Positions 12,825-27,989 of a stretch of 64,000 nucleotides of DNA are shown here, in pieces. The DNA comes from the human T2T-CHM13v2.0 reference genome, Homo sapiens. Position 1 is the stretch's first letter. Each line of letters starts with the position of its first letter. The DNA is taken from the NCBI RefSeq assembly GCF_009914755.1, contig NC_060927.1; one strand, written 5' to 3'. The position numbers and the translations under genes were made by a program. The notes beneath the pieces are model-generated. The model worked only from the letters and a program-made list of their open reading frames with translations, had not been told where the DNA came from and made no database searches.

Positions 12825-14093
12825 TCAAAAATGTTTGTATCCAGAATATACGGAGAACATGTAAAACTCAATAATAAAAAGACAAGCAACGCTATTTTTT
12901 TAAAATTGGCAAAAGACATTTCTCCAAAGAAGATATACAAAAGGCCAATAAACACATTAATAAACGTTCAATATCATTATAGCCACTAGGGGAATGCCAA
13001 TGGAAACCACAAGAGAGACCACTTTCCATACACTAGAATGGCTATAATTAAAAAGATAATAACTAGGACTGATGGGGATATGGAGAAAATGGAACCCTCA
13101 TTCATACATAATGGGAATGTGAAACGGTGTAGCTGCTTTGGAAAACAGTTGGGCAGTTTCTCAAACGTTAAGCATAAAGTTACCATACAACCCAGCAATT
13201 CCACTCCTAAAAAAATACCCAAGAGAAGTGAAAATAGATGTACACACAAAAACTTGTACATCCATGGTCACAGTGGCATTTCTTCCTAATAGTAAAAGAG
13301 TGGAAGCAATACAAATGTCTATTGGCTGTGGCATAACCATCCAACGGAAGATTATTTGGCTTAGGTAGTAAAAATGAATGACATATTGATACACACTTGA
13401 TATGGTTTGGCTGTGTCCCTACCCAAATTTCATCTTGAATTCCCATGTATTGTGGGAGGGACCCAGTGGGAAGTGATTAAATTATGGGGTCGGGTATTTC
13501 CTGCACTCTTCTTGTGATAGTGAAAATGTCTCACGAGATCTGATGGCTTTATAAGGCAGAGTTTCCCTGCACAAGCTCTCTCATTTTTTGCCTGCCACCG
13601 TCCACATAAGATGTGACTTGTTCTTCCTTGTCTCTCACCGTGATTGTGAGGCTTCCCTAGCCACTTGGAACTGTAAGTCCAATTAAACCTCTTTCTTTTG
13701 TAAATTGCTCAGTCTGGGGTATGTCTTTATCAGCAGCATGAAAATGGACTAATACAATACTACAACATGGATGAATCTTGAAAACATTATGCTAAGTGCA
13801 AGAAGCAAATCATAAAAGACTACAGATTGTATAATTCCACTTACATGAAATGTCCATAACACACAAATCTATGAAGATGGAAAGTAAATTAGTACTTGTC
13901 AAGAGCTTGGAAGAGGAAGAGAGTGACTGCTAATAGGTATGAAGTTTCTTTTTCGGGTGATGAAAATATTCTAAAATTAGATTTGTAGTGATGCTATTTA
14001 CAACCCTGTGAAGATGCTTAAAAAACAGAACTGTATACTTTAAATGTGTAAATTGTATAAGTGAATTTTATCTAAATAAAGCGCCTTAAAAAA
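12825..14093 (+). mobile_element. L1MB-type ORF2 end + 3'UTR, interrupted by THE1
   Basis: gacatttctccaaagaagatatac, ggaaccctcattcata, ccagcaattccactcct, acaacatggatgaatcttgaaaacattatgctaagtg; no intact ORF. Confidence 0.92.
13398..13756 (+). mobile_element. THE1 (B-like) solo LTR
   Basis: tgatatggtttggctgtgtcc...aaaatggactaataca; TSD acact/atact. Confidence 0.95.
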
Positions 14094-14099
14094 TATATA

Positions 14100-14531
14100 C
14101 AGTTGACCCTTGAACATCGCAGGGGTTAGGGGTGCTGACCCCTGGACAGTAAAAAAAACTGCCTATAACTTTTGACTCCTCAAAAATTTAACTACCAATA
14201 GCCTATTGTTGACTGGAAAGTTTATAGATAACAGAAACAGTCGATTACCACACATTTTATAGTTATATGTATTATAAACTATATTCTTACAATAAAGAAA
14301 GCTAGAGAAAAATTGATATTAGAAAATCATAACGGAGAGAACATATATTTACTATTCATTAAGTGGAAGTGGATCATCCTAAAGGTCTTCATTCTCCTTG
14401 TCTTCACAGTTAAGTAGTCTGAGGAGGAGGAGGAAGAGGATGGGTTATTCTTGTCTGAGGGATGGAGAAGGCAGAAGAAAATCTTCCTATAACCTGCAAA
14501 GTTCAAACCTGTGTTGTTCCAGGGCCAAGTG
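14100..14531 (-). mobile_element. Tigger2a (MER28) DNA transposon
   Basis: TIRs cagttgacccttgaaca / tgttccagggccaagtg, preceded by TA; internal attcattaagtggaagtggatcatc. Confidence 0.88.
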
Positions 14532-15159
14532 AATGTGTGTGTGTGCGTGCACACGTATACAATTATGTCTAAAGTGTTTGCAGGAAGCTTTTCCCCCTAC
14601 TTTTTAATCTTTCTAGCATGAGATTTCTTTCTGTTTGCTGCAACTCAGAGATAAGTCTCCATTTTCCCTTCTAAACTTTCTACTCTAGACCTCTGGCCTA
14701 GTAGATAGACAAAGAAAGGAGACAAGAAGCATCACTCTTCTTCCTTCCAGCGTCAGTTAGTATCAAGTCACTCTGTGTTCCTTCCTCCCACACTGGGAAC
14801 GTAAGCGCAAGGCACTGACTGATCAGCCAGGACCAAATTGTCCCTGGGCAATGATCACACGTACAGAATCAGGCTCGAAACTGCTCTCAGAGGCAGCTTG
14901 CCTCTGAAGCATCTGCTTTCTTAGACGAATTGGGAGTTTCAGATGAGGAAAGAAGAAGCCAGGTTTTTAAGGGATAGAAAGTGGTTTATGTGCTGCTGAG
15001 GAGAAAGGAGGAAAAAAGAGAAAAAGGAGGGGAATGGAACAGGCAGGGAGGAGAAAAGGGACATGTACAGGAGGCAGGAGCAGTCACATGATGATTTAGC
15101 CTGTCCAGCATCCTGTCCTATTCCTGGAAATAGCTGTCTGATTTTCCAAGGGAAAATGC

Positions 15160-15614
15160 TCTTTCTCTGCGTCAGTCCACTTGGCTTGGGTGGGGCTGAA
15201 GCTCAGCGCCAAGGGAGGTCCCGTGACCCTGGTCTCAGCCAATCAGTGCGTTCATTTTCTTTCACATCTTGATTAGTTCAGGGGTGAGCACATGACCCAA
15301 CTGGGCCAGTGAGATTCAGGCTCAGGATTTCCGTTGGAAGTTCAAAGAAGAAGAAGAATCTATGAAGATTTTAAGCCAAGAGCAGCTGTCAGCAATCTAG
15401 CTAGCACAAAAAAGTACTTGCCTGATAATGCAGATAAGAGAGGAGGTTTTATCCCATGGTAACATATGGGACTCTGGGTCTAGAAGCTAGAATCCCTGAC
15501 AGTTTGAGCTACTTTGTTCGTAACTCCTCTTGTGCCTCCTCTGTCCTTCCCCCCAACTTAAACCAGTTTGTATTAGTGTTCTGCCCCTCGCAATATAAAG
15601 AATTCTGCTTAACA
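15160..15614 (+). mobile_element. MLT1K/L-like LTR
   Basis: gccaatcag...gattagttcagggg...catgacccaactgggccagtgaga; 3' ttaaaccagtttg. Confidence 0.6.
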
Positions 15615-15681
15615 TGGAAGGCAATCAGTAGAGTTCCCCCAGTGCTTCCCTTAATGGTCACCCAGTGACAGCAACACAGTC

Positions 15682-16108
15682 TGTGATGGTTAATTTTATG
15701 TGTCAACTTGCCTAGACCACGGTACCCAGATATTTGGTCAAATATTATGCTACATGGCTCTGTGAAGGTATTTTTTTTTTGATGAGTTAACATTTATATC
15801 GATGGACTTTGAGTAAAGCATACTATTTTCCATAATGTGTATCGGCCTCATCCAATCCATTGAAGACCTTAAAAAGAGAAAGACTGACCTCCTCCTAAGA
15901 AGAGGGAATTCTGCCAGCAGACCACTTTGTCTCAAACTACAACTCTTCCCTGGTTCTCCAGCCTGCTAGCTAATTCTGCAGATTTCGGACTTGCCAGCCT
16001 CCATAATCACATGAGCCAATTCCTTAAAATAAATATCTTTCTCTACACATTTATGTGTGTATACATATCCTATTGGTCTTGTTTCTCTGAACAACCTCCA
16101 CTAATACG
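15682..16108 (+). mobile_element. MLT2 (B/D-like) ERVL LTR
   Basis: tgtgatggttaattttatgtgtcaacttg...cctcatccaatccattgaagacc...ctaatac; TSD cagtc/caatc. Confidence 0.9.
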
Positions 16109-16895
16109 CAATCAAATGGTTATCCCAAGACAACGTGCAGGATTTCAGAGTTTTAGGTAGGAAGAACACAATGTTTGCATTCCTTTCCCCAACTTTACCT
16201 CCATCTTCAACAATAGTCATACCCACTGTACACCAGGTTCTGTGTAACATCTTTTGCTTTCTTACATCAGCCTAATTCACATCTAATATACCCTTCCCAT
16301 TTTACAGATAACAAGAGATTAAGTGACTTGCTCAAGGTCAAAATGCTGGTAATTGAGAGACCCAGGAAGCCAATTCAGGCCTCCCTTGATCCACCCCAAA
16401 GACCTCAACTAAAAGGCAAGTGGCTCATTTTCTGGGAGACAATTCCTGAGGATGCGCTTTTCTTTTTCAAAGAGTTGGGGCAGCAGATGTAAAGTTATAA
16501 GAAGAAGTGAGACCACAGACTGATACTCTACACCATCTGCCCCTTTCCCCCAGCACTGCTTCCCCATCAGGATCCATTTGTCAATTTAAACATCTACTTG
16601 TGGGTACTGCTTTTCTACAGAGAGTCACTGAACCAAAAGGCCATGGTTTCTGCCCCTGAAGAGTAGGATCTGAGCTCCAATGTCTAAAATGCTGATTTAG
16701 CTCACTGTCTTCAGTTGATAGACTCACACCTTCTCTAACCTTCCTCTGTCAGGACTTGACTTTTTACCAGGAAGTGGCTGTCACATTAATGGCAAGCTGT
16801 TGAGGACAGCTCCCTCTGAGGTTTATGCAGAGGACTACAGGACTCTCTCTGGGTGGAATGCCAGCCATTGCTATCCTTCCTTCTTATGACAACAG

Positions 16896-17805
16896 CAGCA
16901 GTTTCCACACATCTGGCATTGCCATCCCATCTTCGCGACATATGCCGTATCTGCAGACCACCCTTAATATTATTTATTGAGCATAGTTTTAACTGGCTTT
17001 GGTTTTATTAAGAAAACTATTTGAATAGAAAGTTTTATGTAATAAATTATTATATATGAAAACCATTTTTACTTGCCATAAATATAACTTGTAAAAATTA
17101 AATTTTGACAACTTATTCAATTTTTCTAGACACCCCTGTTTATCAAAGGCTTTGGGCCTTTGGTTCTCTTTTTTTTTTTTTTTAAGGAGATTACAGGTAA
17201 TAGAGAGTTGTTAACAATCTTGTAATTCTAAATCAAGATCAAACTAAAAGATATGTGTCATTTGAAAAGGCTCGAGAGTATACGAATCACTTTAGTTCAG
17301 GAAAACCTCTACTGACCACTTACTTTATGCCATATCCTGTGCTGGTTACTGTTGACAAACTATTTTAATACAAGTTCCATTAGAAATGATTAAATAAAAA
17401 TATTTGGCATTTAATTCAATTATGTTTCAAAATAAAGGAAAACCTTTCTAGATGCTCCTAAGTGCCAATTTAAATATAGAATTTCTTTTCCTAGTTTGTT
17501 TATACAGTCTCTTAAAAAGACACCTTCAATTAATGTAACTAAAATGCATAATCTTAAATATTATTATTGCACTGGAATTTATGTAAAAGGAAAAAAAAAA
17601 ACTCATCAGCACCAACTCAGACTTTCCCCTCAAGTTTGTGGGAGAACTTAAAGTATATTAACTTTTTTCTGTGTACTTTGTTTAATTTAATGCAGAATTT
17701 TTATACCAACTAAAACCACCTTCTTCACCACCTAAAACCATCTCGATGCCATATAAAATCATCTGGAAGCTACTGTGGCATGTGTTCCATATTTTGGAAA
17801 CACGG
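16896..17805. mobile_element. hAT-Charlie family fossil (MER113/Charlie4-like), interrupted at 17217-17601
   Basis: Ends cagcagtttccac / ttttggaaacacgg; internal aaaacca...acttgccataaata, aaggagatta...gagagttgttaa, agcaccaactcagactttc, ctaaaaccatctc. Confidence 0.6.
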
Positions 17806-17824
17806 ATGAAAAGAAAACAAAACA

Positions 17825-18045
17825 GAGTTTGATACCTGGGTTTGATGCTTGCTCTGCCACTTACCAGCTGTGTGTGTTTAAACAAATTATTTAACCTCTC
17901 TGAGTCTTCAGTTCTTCATCTGTGAAGTGAGAATAACAATATTAACCTTGTTGAGCTGTTGGGGAGTAGAAATGAATAAAGTATGAAAGTATGCTAAGGG
18001 CCTCGTGTAGTGCTTGGTACACAGTAGGTACACAATATATGTTAG
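17825..18045 (+). mobile_element. MIR
   Basis: ctctgccacttaccagctgtgtg...ttaacctctctgagtcttcagttcttcatctgtgaa...gtgcttggtacacagtagg. Confidence 0.88.
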
Positions 18046-18264
18046 TACTCTACAATGGGTGGGTACGGGAATCATTGCTGACAACTGGGCATGCCATCTC
18101 ACATCATCGGGCATGACAACCTGAAAGCCCACAGGGACAAGGCAGGTCACATGAAAAAGGAAAGCGTGCTGGATGGTGTCCTAATAAAGTAGCAATCCAG
18201 CAAAGGTTCCATCTTAAGCAGGCACCTGCTTGCTAAGCCTCAGCTGACGTTAACAGCAAGTAAC

Positions 18265-18495
18265 CTTTGTTATGTTATCACTCTAAGGGTCTAAGTACTT
18301 TACACATATGAACTCATTTAATCCTCATAACCCTAGCAGGAAGGTCCTATTATCATCCCCAGGTTATAAATGAGCACACAGAGTCACAATGAGATTAAGT
18401 AGTTTGTCTAACCCCACAGAGCTAGGAAGTGGCAAAACCAGAATTGAAAGCCTGACATTCTATTTCCAAAGCCGATCAGCCTTCTTTATCCACTA
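18265..18495 (-). mobile_element. MIR
   Basis: ctaagtactttaca...tcatttaatcctcataacc...gagattaagt...cacagagctaggaagtggc. Confidence 0.85.
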
Positions 18496-18503
18496 AGGGC
18501 GAT

Positions 18504-18702
18504 GAGCGGTTCTCAAGGTTTGGGGTGCATCAGAATCACTTCAAGTGATTCTGAACTGGTTGTTAAAATAAAATTTTAGTGTGGAAGGGCTTGTTAAAAT
18601 AAAAATGGTCAGGGCCAATTCAGTCACTAGAGGAGGAAGGACAGAGAAAATGCATCTTTAAAAAGTTCCCAGGTGATCCAGGGACACTCTGAGAATCACC
18701 AT
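18504..18702. mobile_element. MER5A with a ~41-nt internal templated insertion
   Basis: ggttctcaa...gcatcagaatcact...ggaagggcttgttaaaa...aagttcccaggtgat...tgagaatcac. Confidence 0.8.
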
Positions 18703-18734
18703 TCTAGGCTATTCTTCCTCTTCTAAGGCTGGTC

Positions 18735-18950
18735 CAGTGTTCTAGATCTTCTGACTGAATTACAAGAGTAGCCAGAAATGTGGTCTTTTGTATGAGGGCT
18801 CACTATATTTAAATGCTGGCCACTAATTCAATATGTTTAAAAATACTAAGCAAGCCAAAAAAAAAAAAAAAAAAAGAAACCACACAGACAAACAGAAAAG
18901 AAGTTAGCAAGCCAAATTTGGCCTCTAGGCTGTTGGTTGGTGATTTCTGC
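18735..18950. mobile_element. hAT-Charlie MER (MER102-like) fragment; a related copy lies at ~44345-44545
   Basis: agatcttctga...agccagaaat...tttaaatgctggccactaattca...gccaaatttggcc. Confidence 0.55.
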
Positions 18951-18974
18951 TTTGTGTGTATAAAGTATTTTTAA

Positions 18975-19210
18975 CACATTTATGCAACAAATGTTTATTG
19001 AGCACTTGCTACATGCCAGGGGGACATACTGGGAGCTGGGCATACAGAATGAGACCAAGTCAGATGAGAACGTCTCTTTTTGTGGAGGTTACATTTGGGT
19101 GAGGGAGTGGAGGAGCATGGAGAAGACAAAAAAAATCACTAAACAAATCAAGGGGACCTTTCCAGCTATGGTAAGCTCTCTAAAAAACAAACGACAGAGT
19201 AATAGGCTCG
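18975..19210 (-). mobile_element. L2 3' end
   Basis: caacaaatgtttattgagcacttgctacatgccagg. Confidence 0.8.
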
Positions 19211-19279
19211 GTGACTTCCTTGGTTATTTGCAGCTCTAGGAGGAGGAAGGGAAAGTGTAACATGCCTCTGTCACTGAAG

Positions 19280-19620
19280 AAAAGTAGACAAATAGGAGTT
19301 GAATTATGCACCACAGCCAAAGTGCCCCAGGCTGTGGAGGTCAGAACAACACTGCTGCCTGATTTACCCGCTAAGACCAATTCTGTGACATCATTCCACC
19401 GCCCGTCGATTATTTACCTCATCCCCAAGTGCGGAAGGTCAAACCGCTGGTATTTTGCAGTCTGCCTCTGCAGGTGAAATTTAGCTTTAATTGTCTAATT
19501 GCTACTCTGGCAACGGCTGCCACAGATTCATTTTCGAACTCAGCACAGGTGCGCTCTGTGGCTGATGTTCTATTTTCAAGGACGAAAGGAAGGAATTAGA
19601 GAACCTGATGTCTTCTGCTT
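19280..19620. promoter_or_regulatory. Candidate enhancer / conserved non-coding element
   Basis: Unique sequence; about 10 CpGs in ~215 bp (19369-19584); paired TAATT (ttaattgtctaattg); CAGGTG E-boxes; AGGTCA half-sites. Confidence 0.3.
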
Positions 19621-19867
19621 CAAGAGTTAAGATGAAGTTATTTTCTTCCCCCAATCAAGTCATGTTATCTCATTTCAATTTTCCAGAGTGTCTTCTCATC
19701 ATAAATTAAACTGGGTTGCCAAATCCCAGAGCAACAAAAATGGAAAGGTAGTTGGGAGGAAGAGAAAAAACAAGTTTGGTGCTTATTAAAGAAAAACGTT
19801 TGTGTCCTTGAAGAACGGTCATGATGTAAAGGAGCTATATGTGATAATAATAATGAAAAAGAAGAGG

Positions 19868-19893
19868 ATGATGATGGTGATGGTGATGATGGT
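19868..19893. repeat. (GAT/GGT)n short microsatellite
   Basis: gatgatgatggtgatggtgatgatggtg. Confidence 0.8.
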
Positions 19894-20949
19894 GTTGCTG
19901 ACCAGGTCTGTAACTTACCAAATATTCCCTAATTAAAGCCACAGCATTCTAGTCTGAGGCGGGTAAGCAGCCGTAGGCCTATTTAAACGGATTCAAAAAA
20001 GTCTATGTGAATTTCTTAAAATAATTACTGCATTCTTGATTCCAGCAGCTAATTCAATTTCAAGAAAACACCTCCCCCCACCCTTTTTTTTTTAAATACT
20101 TGGAAGACAGATACACTGATTTTACATGTGCTTTAATTATTTTCAAGTCAGCACTAAGGAGATGAGTTGTAGCCAGTGGTATGTGCTTTTACAAACTTGA
20201 CATGGAATGGAATGAAAACGCCAAGGCAGAGAGAGTTCTTTTTAAAAAAGAATGTCAATAAGTAAATTCCAGAGCCCTCTACAACATTATGGACCATTTT
20301 AGAAATCAGCACAGGTCGAACTGTGCACCTGGAAACAAAGCATGCCAGGCTACTGGGTGTAAGAGACGCAATCCATCAAAATGCAAGGTGTGCACCTGGC
20401 CATTAGCAACATGGCTTTGTGTTCTCTGAATGTTTTGGGGTGGATAAAGGGAGGACGGGAAAAATTTAAGATTTGGGTATCAGTTGCACTGCTCAAGGTA
20501 GAAGCCCTCGGTGTCGCAGTCTCTTTACCTATGGAATGGAGATGATAATGAGAATCACAGCTGCCCCGTCTACTCTCCTCAGGCTGCCAGGAGGATAACA
20601 TATCATACCACATTGGAAACTAGAAAGTGACAATTCTAAAGACAAACTAAAGAAAGGCTGTTATTATCACGGTCTTCTCCCCAGCTGGACTTATGAGCCA
20701 CTTGTGTAAAAAGACGTCATCTTAGTTTCTTTGTACCTCTTACCACATTGTAAACACATAATAATGTCAGAGTAGGCTTTGTGGGTGTTGTCAGTTTGTA
20801 AAAATCTTTGTCCCTCTACACAAGAGTTCACCTAAGGTTTTCTTTAGTCAACTCAGACAATACATTTAAAATATTATCTGACTGCTCAATAAATATAAAA
20901 GAAGAATTTCAGTTCCAGAATAGAAATAGCATCCCTTTTACTGAGATCT

Positions 20950-21110
20950 TTGCATTCATTTTCCAACCTAATCTTCATAGTAGTCCCTCAAGACGGATAT
21001 AACTATCCCCATTTTCGGATGAGGAAACCAAGACTCAGAGAGTTTAAATAACTTGTCCAATTTTTCACAACTAATAAGTAGCAGAGGCAAGATTTGACTG
21101 AATCCAAAGC
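20950..21110 (-). mobile_element. MIR
   Basis: ccccattttcggatgaggaaaccaagactcagagagtttaaataacttgtccaa. Confidence 0.85.
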
Positions 21111-21270
21111 TCCCCCATTTCCCTCTAAGTCATGCAAAGCTTGGTTGGTTGATTGTCATGGCTGTGAATCTAAGTGTCCATTACAGTTTTAGTAACTTTC
21201 CAACTTACTTGTACGCATTATGAAAAACTTAGTTCTTTCTATAAATATTTCTTACAAAAATATTTCTCTT

Positions 21271-21412
21271 GCTGGGCATGGTGGCACAAGCCTATAATCC
21301 CAACTACTTGAGAGGCTGAGGTGGGAGGACGACTTGAGCTCAGGAATTCAAGTCCAGCCTGGGCAACATAACAAAACCTTATATCTAAAAGTAATAATAA
21401 AATTAGAAAAAG
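21271..21412 (+). mobile_element. FLAM_A-like free Alu monomer
   Basis: Single monomer plus A-rich tail; TSD aaaaatatttctctt / gaaagtattcctctt. Confidence 0.85.
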
Positions 21413-21609
21413 AAAGTATTCCTCTTGCCAAAGAGACATAATTCTTTTGGTCCAGTATTCAAAATATAAGTCCAGTTTTCAATCTTACAAGAATGTCAGA
21501 AACCCTTCCTATTCATTCTTCAAATTCTAGAACTTGACTGGGGAGATGTATGCAGGGGTGGAATGATAATGCATAGTGGCAGCTAAGCCAGGACCATAAT
21601 TGTCCAACT

Positions 21610-21775
21610 CTAGCTTGCTTTAATGAGCATATACCTGGGAAGCTTGCTAAAAATGAACTCCCAACCTCCCTAGCACCCCGTTCTGATTCAACGTGCTTAG
21701 GGCAGAGCCCAGAGTCTAAGTCTGTACAAACTCCCTGGTTATTCAGATGCAGGTGGGTCTCAGGCCATATTTTCC
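21610..21775. mobile_element. MER5A-like fragment
   Basis: acctgggaagcttgctaaaaatg...ttctgattca...caaactccctggttattcagatgcagg. Confidence 0.65.
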
Positions 21776-22375
21776 ATTCAACATGTCCAGGAGCATAGGC
21801 AGGGAATTGGGAACCAAGAGCCTAGCTTTGCAGCACTTTTGAGGCCTTAGACAACTCCATCAAACTCTTCAAATGTTTATTTACAGAAAGCAACTCTCCC
21901 TTTCTTGGGTATCCCTGGCCCCCATTTTGGGGGAATTGACTGTACTTCATTTTGCTTCAGAACTTCTTGATGGATAACACTATCTTTTGTTGTATGCTCA
22001 CTGTAGCAACTCTTACTCACCGGGATTGCCTTGTGCTTTAGATTTTAATTATAGAACAAACTTCAGATAAAAAAACTAAAGCTCAACACTGTAAAGAGGA
22101 CAAGGCCCATTCCAGCATTTGCATGGTTTTACTATAATCAAAGCCATCCTTGAAGGGCAGAGCCACCAGAAATGACTGCACATTTAGCTAACTTTCTTCT
22201 ACTAGCGTTTAAGTGCCTGCAAGAACCACTCTCTCTGACAAATATATATCAATAAGAAGGCAGTACAAAACCTGCTTGTTAGAGGAGGATGCCCCAATAT
22301 CTATTAACTAGGGTCCTTCAATACTGGCAGTACAGGGAAGATTTTGCCAGAGACTGACCTTCTTCCCCATGGGGC

Positions 22376-22545
22376 TGTAGTTCCCAACCCTATCTGTCAT
22401 TAGAACCAACTATGGGCTTTAAAAATACAAATACATTATTGGGCCCCATGCCCAGAGATTTTTATTTAAAGGGTCTGGGGAGTTTCAGTATCAGTACGTT
22501 TAAAAAGTTCCCCAGGTGAATCTGTTATGCAAGAATTGTGAACCT
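22376..22545. mobile_element. MER5A-like fragment
   Basis: gggccccatgcccagagattt...ggtctgggg...aaaagttccccaggtga. Confidence 0.7.
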
Positions 22546-23248
22546 TCAAAGACCTTCAAGTGCCAATCATCATGCCAGCATTAGGCACACAGCCATTCCT
22601 CCTTCTAGCAAAGGATCCTTCCATTAGCTAGAGCACAACTCAAGTATAACTCAAATGTTTAGGATGGAGGACTAAGTGATAACATTAAAGTTTATCTTTA
22701 AATTAATTTTTACCTAAAACTTAAGGGATTAGACTTTACAGATTTAATACATGGCTTGACACTGAGGTCTTCACTTGATTTTGCTGTCAGACAGTCATGT
22801 GGCATGCCTTGAAAAAAAAGGGTGGGAGGGACACATTGTGGGATAGGCGACAGTGGGGACACTGAGGATTAGATTTTAGTGCCCTGTGACATATTGTTGA
22901 GTTTGCCAAGTTAACTGAATTTATGCATTTGTAGCTATCTGATATTACTGAACTAACCCTTGCAAATGACCTAAACAGATTGTTACAAAAAAATCTTTAG
23001 ATAGGGTATAATTGTAATAATGCAAGCACAAGAAAACGAGAGAGGGGTTGAGTTGATGCATTTTTTACTCCTAATATAAGCTCTTTGAATGACACATTAT
23101 GAAGTAAAAACAATACCAAGAAATAGTAACCATAATTTGGTAAAAAGAAAAAAAACTCAAAAATTTCAAGATGGCTCTTAAAGTATATATTTTACATACT
23201 ATGATTGACTATGAACCTTGACTTAGTATTATGTCATGCTTTGGAATA

Positions 23249-24697
<1,449 letters not shown>

Positions 24698-25029
24698 TTT
24701 TAGCTAATAATAGGAATATGTGTATATAATTTATGGATAAGTAAATATACATGGATTGGTAGCCTATGTTCAAATATTTTCTACTGAGAGAGAGAGAGTG
24801 CAATTTAAAGAGTTTGGAGACCCTTGGCTCAGGCAATGCTTATCAAAAAATGCAGGATGGCAAAAGGAAAACTATCTCAGTCACAACAAACTGGATAATC
24901 CAAGTCTCAAGGTGTTGCTTTCTCACCTTCACTTGACTCAAGTCTTTCCTCCTGGTCTCCATTCTGCCCCAGTGGCAGAGACCACCTGGAACACATCTTA
25001 CCTTGGTGGGCCGCCAGGACATCTGCCAC

Positions 25030-25155
25030 CTTACTGCTCAGACTGGCATCACCCAGCAGCTTGTTAGAGATATAGGATCTCATGCCCCACTCCGGCATCT
25101 TCATTTTAATAAGTTCCCCAAGTTATTCTTATACTCTAAAATTTGAGATGTTTGC
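25030..25155. mobile_element. MER5-family fragment
   Basis: ggcatcacccagcagcttgttagaga...cattttaataagttcccc...aaatttgaga. Confidence 0.65.
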
Positions 25156-25734
25156 TCTAGATTTCTTAATGTCTGAGCTTAAGAGGAAATTCAAGAGCAG
25201 GCAAAGAGAAGGATTTCCTATGTCATATAAAGAAAGACTATCTACTGAAGTCCCTATTTTGTATAAGGACTTGCTGCTTCCTTGAGACTGATACCACTCA
25301 TGAAAACAATAACAACAGCAACAGCAAACAAGTATCAAGTGCTCACTGTATGCCAGACAGTGTAATAAACTATTTACGTCATCTCACTTAAGACTCATAT
25401 GGTCTGTAAAATGGGAACAATGATATTACTCCCAACACACGCACAATAGCAGGTTGTGTGCTCATAGTCTCATTCAGGTGACAGTGAAGGTAAAGGAAAA
25501 TTTGGACCTACCTGCATGAAGGAGGCTGAGAGGTATGTGTGCATATGTATGCACACATGTGTGTGCATGTGCAAGCATTAACCTTAGCAAGAAAAGGCAG
25601 CTGCTCATCTTTCATGTCCCATTTTCTTTAGGCTCTCTCTGAACCACCTACCCGAGTTCCCACCTACAGAAAACAAATTTGGGATCATCTTAAATTTGGA
25701 GCATGGGTGAAAATACAAATCGATTTCTTTTTGG

Positions 25735-27550
<1,816 letters not shown>

Positions 27551-27989
27551 GATAAAAATAAGGGCCTAGGGCCACTTCCATTATTTACCCATCCTAAAGA
27601 CAGTTCTAATGATTCAGGTCAGAGGCTGGAGCTCAGTCGCTCCCCTTAAGCCTGGCCCAGCCCCACTTCTGTACCTGCCTGCTGTTAAAAACAGAAATAT
27701 TTTTATTCTTGAGGAAAAATGAATATGATGATGAGTGGCCAGGCAATGAGGTCCCTCCAGGCCCTGGGCTATAATTAACACAGCCACCAGCTCTGAAGCC
27801 AGTTCTCCCTGGAATTTTCTAATACTCTCTATGGAAGAGTCAAGCTTCTAGTTTGGTCCCCCTTCCCCAAGGGGGCAGAGAAGCCAGCAAGCCAACTGAG
27901 CTTGTGTCTTGGTCTCTAAATAAGAACAATTCAGCCAAAGGAAGATGGTTGGGAGAGAAGTGATTGTTAATGTAGTACAAGTGTGACAC

